This document shows, one piece after another, positions 30,173 through 37,939 of a stretch of 43,683 bases of DNA. The stretch comes from a candidate division WOR-3 bacterium (lineage in GTDB: Bacteria > Hydrothermota > Hydrothermia > LBFQ01 > DSFT01), in contig CBFGJN010000010.1 in the NCBI GenBank assembly GCA_965649115.1, forward strand, positions 1 through 43,683. The letters are read 5' to 3'. The notes under the pieces are model-generated. The model saw only the letters and a program-made list of their open reading frames with translations. It ran no database searches and was not told the DNA's origin. Both the position numbers and the translations under genes were made by a program. The stretch's first letter is position 1. Every line of letters begins with the position of its first letter.

Positions 30173-32077
30173 TTAGCCTCCTTTTTGATTTTTAAAGCTA
30201 ACTATAAATTTTGTTTCTTTTGATTTATAAAATTTCACTTCATTTGGTTTTAACTCTTCACTTATATTTTCAATAGGTTTTGGTGCATAGTACTCAATAA
30301 CAAACATTTCATTTGGAAACTTGCTGATAAACGATTTTAATTCTTCTAAATTTTTAAATGTGAAAACTTGATTATAATCAACAAGCTTTATATCAATTGT
30401 TGTATCCTTAATTTCATTAATTTCATAATTTATTTCCATAGTTGGACAATTTTCACATGCTATTTTAAATTTATAACTTCCAATTGGTAATTTTAAAAGC
30501 TTTGTAGAATCTTGAAAATTATTTATTAGCTCATTATCTTTATAAACCTCAATAATAGCTTTTTTATCTAAATTTAAATTCACATAAGACAATCTTGGTT
30601 TTAAGTAAATTTTTATTTGATAAGAACTGTCGCCCTTAAAATCAAAAACTTTATAATAATCTTCATAATCAATTGAAAACAATTTTATAGCATAAGTGCC
30701 TTCTGGAATTGTTAAGCTTAAAATTGTAGTTTCCTTCTCAATTGTATCTATTGATATTTTCACGAATGCAGGTTTATTTCTTAAACTATCAAAAACTTCA
30801 ATTAAAACATTTGCCTTTGCTTTTTCTTTTAATTTATATGTAAATTTTTTAGCATTATTCTTAAAAATAATTTTATCTTTAATACTAAAATAATTCCTGC
30901 TTGAAATGCTTAAATTGTAAATTCCATATGGAACTTTAACGATAGCTTTTGAATTGTTAGATTGAAATTCTCCAATTTTATAATTCCAAGTCGTGTCAAA
31001 AACCTCAACTAAAAAATCATTTATCTTATTACCATTAGTATCATAAGCTTCAACAATAAAAAATTTAGATGTATCCGTTTTTAATTTCTTTTTGGATTGA
31101 TAACTTAATTGAAACCTAAAATTAGGTTTAGATTCTCCTTCTTTATTAAATCTATAAATCATTCTATCATCTGAAATATCTAAGCTTAATTCTTGAAATT
31201 TTGCTCCAATTCCAAATGTCGGACCTATTCTATCACCATATAAATCATAAAAATAACCAAATCTTAAAAATATAAAATTTCCTATACCTATCTCTGCGCC
31301 AGCATGTTTAAAAGCTTCATTTATTACCCAATTTAATCCACTATCTGCATAATCTTGAACTATATTAACTAAAATTTTTACAACATCACCAGCAAATCTG
31401 AAACTTAAATTGCCAAATTTATTATAATATCCAATTCCTAATCTTAAAGCTAATGGAAGTGGTTCTGAAACTTCATTTCCAGAATATCTTAGATTTGGTC
31501 CTATATTTTGTAAGGAAATTCCTAAATTTAAATTATAATCTGAATGATACAAAATACCTAAATCCACTGCTGGAACTTGGGCAGTTCCTTTACCTTCAAC
31601 ACCATATACCTTCCTTAAAATATCCTCAGGAACTAAAAAACTATAATAATATTTCACTGCTCCACCAACTTTTAAATTCTTTAATAACTCACTGCCAAAA
31701 CCTAAACTCAAAACAACATCATAAGGAACAAATTTATAAGTATTTCCTTGTTCATCTTGTATTTCAACCTCACCAATTGTTAAATATGTTAAGCTTAAAC
31801 CTATTGTTCCTCTATTTGTCGGATAAACCAAAGAACCAAATTCATAATACGCATCAGGTATTAAACCAAGTAACCAATTTGAATGTTGCCATCCAAATAA
31901 ATTAAAATTTCTTATATTTGCTAAACCTGCTGGATTATAATAAATTGCAGACATATCATCAGAAAAAGCTGTGAAAGCACCACCTAATCCCGTAGCAACT
32001 GCTCCTGGATAAATTGTTAAAACAGGAGCAGAAGCATCTCTTGCTGAGCTTATAATAATGTTTAAAATAAAATTCAT
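30173..32077 (-). CDS. PorV-family beta-barrel protein with C-terminal PEGA/Ig-like extension
   Basis: LTIYPGAVATGLGGAF...AIYYNPAGL, HSNWL, LGISLQNIGP, EPLP..LRLG; then VPYGIYNLSI, IPEGTYAIK, LPIGSYKFKI repeats. Confidence 0.82.
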   Translation of the reverse strand: MNFILNIIISSARDASAPVLTIYPGAVATGLGGAFTAFSDDMSAIYYNPAGLANIRNFNLFGWQHSNWLLGLIPDAYYEFGSLVYPTNRGTIGLSLTYLTIGEVEIQDEQGNTYKFVPYDVVLSLGFGSELLKNLKVGGAVKYYYSFLVPEDILRKVYGVEGKGTAQVPAVDLGILYHSDYNLNLGISLQNIGPNLRYSGNEVSEPLPLALRLGIGYYNKFGNLSFRFAGDVVKILVNIVQDYADSGLNWVINEAFKHAGAEIGIGNFIFLRFGYFYDLYGDRIGPTFGIGAKFQELSLDISDDRMIYRFNKEGESKPNFRFQLSYQSKKKLKTDTSKFFIVEAYDTNGNKINDFLVEVFDTTWNYKIGEFQSNNSKAIVKVPYGIYNLSISSRNYFSIKDKIIFKNNAKKFTYKLKEKAKANVLIEVFDSLRNKPAFVKISIDTIEKETTILSLTIPEGTYAIKLFSIDYEDYYKVFDFKGDSSYQIKIYLKPRLSYVNLNLDKKAIIEVYKDNELINNFQDSTKLLKLPIGSYKFKIACENCPTMEINYEINEIKDTTIDIKLVDYNQVFTFKNLEELKSFISKFPNEMFVIEYYAPKPIENISEELKPNEVKFYKSKETKFIVSFKNQKGG

Positions 32078-32132
32078 TCACACTTTACAACTTGTTAATT
32101 TTGAAATTTTAAAGGATAAAAAATTATTTTGC

Positions 32133-32336
32133 TGCTGTGTCTAAAAATTCTGGAATTATTGATTTTTTTTATTTTTCCCACCCACCCTAATAATAAGCCT
32201 TCGGCTTATAAATGCCCATTTTTAGGCTTTGGGGGGCTTTGCCCCCCATTAGACCTCCCATTAAATCTATAACTTCTTTAAAATTTTTATAAACTATTGA
32301 TAATCAAGGACTTATCATTATTTATTGGACAAAGCA
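32133..32336 (+). mobile_element. MITE, full-length copy (204 bp), no intact target duplication
   Basis: TGCTGTGTCTAAAAATTC ... TTATTGGACAAAGCA with both internal hairpins. Confidence 0.92.
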
Positions 32337-32394
32337 TTAAATTAAAGCAAAATTTAATATGATTATTTCTATTTTTTGCCTGCCTTGAAATTAA

Positions 32395-33265
32395 GCCTTT
32401 ATAATTATAACCATTATAATATCTTGCTCTAAAATAAAAGAAGATAATGAAGACCCTATTTTTAATGAAGCTAAAAATTTTTTTCTCCTCTTCCTGACAC
32501 TTTTCAAAGTCAAGATAATCCAATAACAAAAGAAAAAGTAGAATTAGGTAAAATGCTATTCTTTGAAAGAAGATTATCATTCAATAATATCGCCTGCTCC
32601 CAAGCAAATGGGAGCTTTAGAATTACAGCCAAGAAATGCTCCAACAGTTCTCAACTCAGCAGGACAATTTGTTCAACATTGGATAGGTAATAGAAAAGAT
32701 GTAGAAGACCAGGCATTTAAGTCTTTAACGGGAAGACCAGCATTAGGAAACCCATCAAATGAAGAAGTAGTAAATAAATTAAAGAAAATTCCAGAATATG
32801 TTGAACTTTTCAAAAAAGCTTTTCCTAATGAAAAAGACCCTTATTACTCCTTCAAGATTTGATAAATTTTTAAAAGGAGATAAAAAAGCTTTAACGGAGC
32901 AAGAAAAAAGAGGACTAAAGACATTTATTGAAGTTGGTTGTGTAGCATGTCATAATGGGGTTTTAGTTGGAGGAAATATGTATCAAAAATTTGGTATATT
33001 TGAACCTTATTGGAAATATACAAAAAGCGATAGTATAGATGAAGGAAGATATGTAGAAACCAAAAGAGATGAAGATAAATATGTATTTAAAGTTCCATCT
33101 TTAAGAAATGTAGTAATGACACCACCTTACTTTCATGATGGGTCAAAGGTTCAACTTGGAAAGGATTTAACAAAAGAACAAATAAATGATATAATAAACT
33201 TTCTTAAAACCTTAACAGGTGAAATTCTAGAGGAAGCAAAACAACCTCCTATACTACCCCCTTAA
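32395..33265 (+). pseudogene. Di-heme cytochrome c peroxidase (CcpA/MauG family), frameshifted and deleted
   Basis: Fragments in different frames: IIISC lipobox, NPITKEKVELGKMLFFE, PRNAPTVLNS, CVACHNG, FKVPSLRNV...PYFHDG. First CxxCH is lost. Confidence 0.88.
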
Positions 33266-33276
33266 AATTTTAAAAA

Positions 33277-34461
33277 TTGATTTCATTTCTTCTATCACAA
33301 ATTATATTCCCAGGTGAGGAAAAATTTTTAAGTAATATAAAGCAATTGACATTTTCAGGTGAAAATGCAGAAGCATATTTTTCAAAAGATGGAAAATATA
33401 TAACATTTCAATCAAAAGGTGAAGGTGGAATTTACTTAATAATAGATGGAAATTATCTAAATAAGCTTCAAATGAACTTAAATGAAATGAAAGCTTATGA
33501 TTATGTCCTAAAAAATTTGGGAAATAATAAACTGATGATATTTATAAAAGGTATTTATGACACATTCGGAATTTTAAAAGGCATTAAATATGAGAAAATG
33601 TTTATAAAAAACTATTATGATTGCGATCAAATTTTTCTAATGGATACAAATGGATTTGTTTTTAAACAAATTTCAAAAGGTGGAGCAAATACCTGTTCTT
33701 GGTTCTTAAATGATAGTTTAATTTTGTTTTCAAGTACAATAAAACAAGGAAAAGAATGCCCCAAAAATTTATATGCTGATGAATATATTAAGAAAGGTAT
33801 TTATGTCTGGAAATTATTTAATTATGATTTGCTTGTTTATAATTTAAAAAATGATAGCACTTATGAAATTTATTCAAGTGGTTATTATGATGCAGAAGGT
33901 GAAGGAAACTTTGGAGATAGTATTGTCTTTACATCTTCAAAAGATGGTGATTTAGAATTATATCTTTTGAGTTTAAAAGATAAAAAAATTATTAGAAGAA
34001 TTACAAATTTTTTGGGTTATGATGGTGGTGCGATGTTCTCAAAAAGTGGAAGATATATTGTTTTTAGAGCTAAACATATAAAAGATAGTTTGGAATATAA
34101 GGAATTATTAAGTAAGGGATTAGTTAAACCTGATGAAGTTGAATTATTTATTTATGATTTAAAGAAAGATAGTTTTTGGCAATTAACTTATAGTCCAAAA
34201 GGTGTTTCAAATTTTGCTCCATATTTTCATCCCTCAGAAAAATTTATTATTTTTTCTTCAAATTTACACGCTCCAAATAGCTTTAATTTTGAACTTTATA
34301 AAATAGATATTGATGGGAAAAATCTTGAAAGAATAACATATTCAAATGGTTTTAATTCATTTCCTATGTTTTCAGAAGATGGTAAAAAAATTATTTGGAC
34401 ATCTAATAGAAACGGTAAAAGTAGAAGAGATTTTAATATATTTATAGCAGATTTTAAATGA
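33277..34461 (+). CDS. TolB-like PD40 beta-propeller protein
   Basis: QLTFSGENAEAYFS.DGK, GYDGGAMFS, NFAPYFHP, FPMFSEDGKKIIWTSNR. Confidence 0.88.
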   Translation: MISFLLSQIIFPGEEKFLSNIKQLTFSGENAEAYFSKDGKYITFQSKGEGGIYLIIDGNYLNKLQMNLNEMKAYDYVLKNLGNNKLMIFIKGIYDTFGILKGIKYEKMFIKNYYDCDQIFLMDTNGFVFKQISKGGANTCSWFLNDSLILFSSTIKQGKECPKNLYADEYIKKGIYVWKLFNYDLLVYNLKNDSTYEIYSSGYYDAEGEGNFGDSIVFTSSKDGDLELYLLSLKDKKIIRRITNFLGYDGGAMFSKSGRYIVFRAKHIKDSLEYKELLSKGLVKPDEVELFIYDLKKDSFWQLTYSPKGVSNFAPYFHPSEKFIIFSSNLHAPNSFNFELYKIDIDGKNLERITYSNGFNSFPMFSEDGKKIIWTSNRNGKSRRDFNIFIADFK

Positions 34462-34566
34462 ATGCTTATTTTAAAAGCTCAATTTTTGTGGTGTGCTCAA
34501 AAATTTTAAAATTATTTATTTTTCTCACCTACTAAGCAAAAATTGTTGATTTTTTTGAAATATTGA

Positions 34567-34755
34567 TTAAATAAATGCTCCAAAATTACAAAATGGGCAC
34601 ATAGCTAACCTCCTTTTCATAACGCAATCATAACAAGCAGGTGCTCCACAATAACTACAAGTCCTAATACAAGAATTACAAAATCCTCTTCTACAAAACG
34701 AACATTGAACATAAACTGGATTTATTCTACATCTAAAACAACGTGCAACAAACAT
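34567..34755 (-). CDS. Small Cys-rich zinc-finger protein (six CxxC pairs)
   Basis: 62 aa, 12 Cys; SD AAAAGGAGG directly after the dynamin-WD40 stop. Confidence 0.8.
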   Translation of the reverse strand: MFVARCFRCRINPVYVQCSFCRRGFCNSCIRTCSYCGAPACYDCVMKRRLAMCPFCNFGAFI

Positions 34756-34769
34756 AACCTAACCTCCTT

Positions 34770-37025
34770 TTATATAAACTTTTCTATTATGAACTTTGAA
34801 AGCTCATCGTTCATCTTATAAACTCCTGAAATCAGCTCATTAAGGAAATTATCAATTTCTTGATTTTTGGTTATTGAATTTATTTGTTTTATATAATTTT
34901 CTTCAATCTCCCTACATACATCTTTCCAACCACTTGTTATAATTGAAGGCAAATTGGATGAAATTTCGTTATAAACTTTGTTTCTTATTTCATTGGCCTT
35001 TTTGTTAGCATAAATAAAAAGCAATATTAATAAAATTGAAGAAACGACTATGCCATAAATAGGCTTCGCAAAAATATACTTTACAAGTATTCCTAATACA
35101 ATAGAACCAATTATTCCCAACAAAACTTGGATAAATAGATTAGGGTAATTAGTATCTAATCTATAATCAAATTTCAGATTTGGTTTTTTTTGTTTAAAAT
35201 TTGAATCTAAATCAAAAATTTTAATAATTGAGATATTATTTATCAACATCTTAGCTTTAATAATCATCTCTTTATGAAAAAATTCGCTTATCCCATCAAT
35301 GTCGGCAGAAATTTTATTATTTAGCTTCTCATTTAGGTTACTTATCAACTTCTTAATAACACTTTCTCCTTTTGTAATAATATCAAAATTTGAAATTTTA
35401 TGAAGACCCTTTTTTAAGTTTTCCAAGTAAAAATTTATATAATCTTTATCCCATTTCCTAACCTTAGTCATATTCTCTTCAAAGACTTCAATAAGTTCAT
35501 CTCTTATTATATTTAAATTGGTTTTGAAAGTAGAAACATAAGAAGCAATTATGATAACATTTCGTAAGAACTTAACCAATTTTTCATCATTCTTAAACTT
35601 CTTGGCAGATGCCGGAATATAACCTAAAATTCTGTTCTTTGGATAAATTTGTTCAACCTTTTGCTTTATATAATCTATACGTTCTTGAATTTGATTTTTT
35701 TCTTCACCTTCAAATAAATCTATTTTATTTAATATAAAAAGAATGTAAATTTCCTCACGCTTTGCTCTCTCCTTTACAATCTCTAAAAATTCAGCATCAA
35801 ATTTACTTAAACCTTTTGATACGCCAAGCATCCAAATAATAATGTTATAGTTATTCTTTTTAAGGTAATCACTTAACTCATTATTTATGCTACCATCATA
35901 ACCAGGAAAGTCAGATATTCTAACAAATTTTAAAAATTCTTGCGTTTCAGAATTAAACTCATTTAGATCCCATATCTTAACAGTTTCAGCACTTCCACTT
36001 GCCAAGAACTTTCCATCAGGACTAAATGAAACTGAATTAACACTATCAGAATGTCCTTTTAATGTTTCCATCTCTTTCCAACTCTCAACTTCCCATATCT
36101 TGATTGTTTTATCACGACTTCCACTTGCCAAAAACTTTCCATCAGGACTAAATGAAACTGAATAAACACTATCAGAATGTCCTTTTAATGTTTTTATTTC
36201 TTTCCAAGTTCCAACTTCCCATATTTTGATTGTTTTATCACTACTTCCACTTGCCAAGAACTTTCCATCAGGACTAAATGAAACTGAATAAACACTACCA
36301 GAATGTCCTGTTAATGTTGTTATTTCTTTCCAACTTCCAACTTCCCATATCTTAATTGTTCTATCCCAACTTCCACTTGCTAAATACTTACCATCAGGAC
36401 TGAAAGAAATTGAAAAAACACTATTAGAATGTCCTTTTAATGTTTTTGTTTCTTTCCAAGTTCCAACCTCCCATATCTTGATTGTTTTATCATAACTTCC
36501 ACTTGCTAAAAACTTACCATCAGGACTAAACGAAACTGAAAGAACACTATTAGAATGTCCTGTTAATGTCTTAATTAGCTTCCAACTCTCAACTTCCCAT
36601 ATCTTGATCGTTCCATCCTCACTTCCACTTGCTAAATACTTACCATTAGGACTAAATGAAACTGACACGACATAATCAGAATGTACTTCTAATGTTTTAA
36701 TTAATTTCCAACCTCCAACTTCCCATATCTTGATTGTTTCATCCTCACTTCCACTTGCCAAGAACTTTCCATCAGGACTAAATGAAACTGAATAAACACT
36801 ATCAGAATGTCCTGTTAATGTTGTTATTTCTTTCCAACTTCCAACTTCCCATATCTTTGAGTCACGACTTTCATTGATACCAAGCAAAAGGTTTAGAAAT
36901 GAAGATTTACCAATAAACTTTACACCAAAAGTACACATTTCAGGTCTATTTACAAAGTATTTCTTTCTTTCTTTTATTCTTCTAACCTTGTCTTCAATTT
37001 TCCATAGAATTTCATCTATCATCAC
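34770..37025 (-). CDS. Dynamin-like GTPase with inserted 7-repeat WD40 propeller and two TM helices
   Basis: G1 GVKFIGKSS, WD40 x7, G3 DFPG, G4 NKID, G5 SAK, helical stalk, hydrophobic hairpin. Confidence 0.85.
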   Translation of the reverse strand: MMIDEILWKIEDKVRRIKERKKYFVNRPEMCTFGVKFIGKSSFLNLLLGINESRDSKIWEVGSWKEITTLTGHSDSVYSVSFSPDGKFLASGSEDETIKIWEVGGWKLIKTLEVHSDYVVSVSFSPNGKYLASGSEDGTIKIWEVESWKLIKTLTGHSNSVLSVSFSPDGKFLASGSYDKTIKIWEVGTWKETKTLKGHSNSVFSISFSPDGKYLASGSWDRTIKIWEVGSWKEITTLTGHSGSVYSVSFSPDGKFLASGSSDKTIKIWEVGTWKEIKTLKGHSDSVYSVSFSPDGKFLASGSRDKTIKIWEVESWKEMETLKGHSDSVNSVSFSPDGKFLASGSAETVKIWDLNEFNSETQEFLKFVRISDFPGYDGSINNELSDYLKKNNYNIIIWMLGVSKGLSKFDAEFLEIVKERAKREEIYILFILNKIDLFEGEEKNQIQERIDYIKQKVEQIYPKNRILGYIPASAKKFKNDEKLVKFLRNVIIIASYVSTFKTNLNIIRDELIEVFEENMTKVRKWDKDYINFYLENLKKGLHKISNFDIITKGESVIKKLISNLNEKLNNKISADIDGISEFFHKEMIIKAKMLINNISIIKIFDLDSNFKQKKPNLKFDYRLDTNYPNLFIQVLLGIIGSIVLGILVKYIFAKPIYGIVVSSILLILLFIYANKKANEIRNKVYNEISSNLPSIITSGWKDVCREIEENYIKQINSITKNQEIDNFLNELISGVYKMNDELSKFIIEKFI

Positions 37026-37939
37026 TAACCTCCTTTTTATTATATAAAATTATCTATAATGAATTTTGAAAATTTATCATTCATCTTATAAGCACCTAAA
37101 ATCAGTTCATTAAGGAAGTTTTGGATACTTTTGTTATTGGTTAGCAAGTTTACTTTGTCCTTATAAGTTTCTTCTATTTCTTCACACACATCCTTCCAAC
37201 CACTTTCTATAATACTTGGTAATTTGGTTGAAACTTCATTATAAACTTTGTTTCTTATTTCATTGGCTTTATTATCTGAATCAATAATCGTCCAAATTAA
37301 TGAACCTAAGAAAACAAGCGTTCCAATACCAGGAATAAGTGCTCCCAAAGCAAGTCTTGCAAATATACCAGCACCAATTGAAGTCATAATTTTTCCTAAA
37401 ACTTCACCAAAAAGTTCATTAGAATAACTAGCTTGTTGAACATTGAAATCGGAAAAATCCAAACCTGAAATTCTCTGACTAAAATCATAATTTAAATTCA
37501 AATTTAAAATTTCAATATAGGAAATTGACATACCATTTATTAGCTTTTTAGCTTCATTAATTTCTTTACTTAGAAACTCAGCTATTTTCTCTATATCAGC
37601 ATTTATTTCACTTTCCAATCGCGAATTTAAATCTTCTATTAGTTGTTTAATAACACTTTCTCCTTTTGTAATAATATCAAAATTTGAAATTTTATGAAGA
37701 CCCTTTTTTAAGTTTTCCAAGTAAAAATTTATATAATCTTTATCCCATTTCCTAGCCTTAGTCATATTCTCTTCAAAGACTTCAATAAGTTCATCTCTTA
37801 TTATATTTAAATTGGTTTTGAAGGTAGAAACATAAGAAGCAATTATGATAACATTTCGTAAGAACTTAACCAATTTTTCATCATTCTTAAACTTCTTGGC
37901 AGATGCCGGAACATAACCTAAAATTTTGTTCTTTGGATA
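35353..37939. repeat. Near-identical direct repeat 35353-35645 / 37647-37939
   Basis: Constant offset 2294; encodes the shared G5-stalk segment LGY(I/V)PASAKK...KGESVIK. Confidence 0.95.
35969..36857 (-). repeat. Intragenic tandem array of seven 126-bp WD40 units (last one 123 bp)
   Basis: CCCATAT anchor at 36848, 36722, 36596, 36470, 36344, 36218, 36092 and 35969. Confidence 0.97.

Noticed and set aside
35969..36857. Diversity-generating retroelement template/variable repeat pair
   Set aside because: Differences are not adenine-specific, all units are in-frame coding, and there is no reverse transcriptase in the window.
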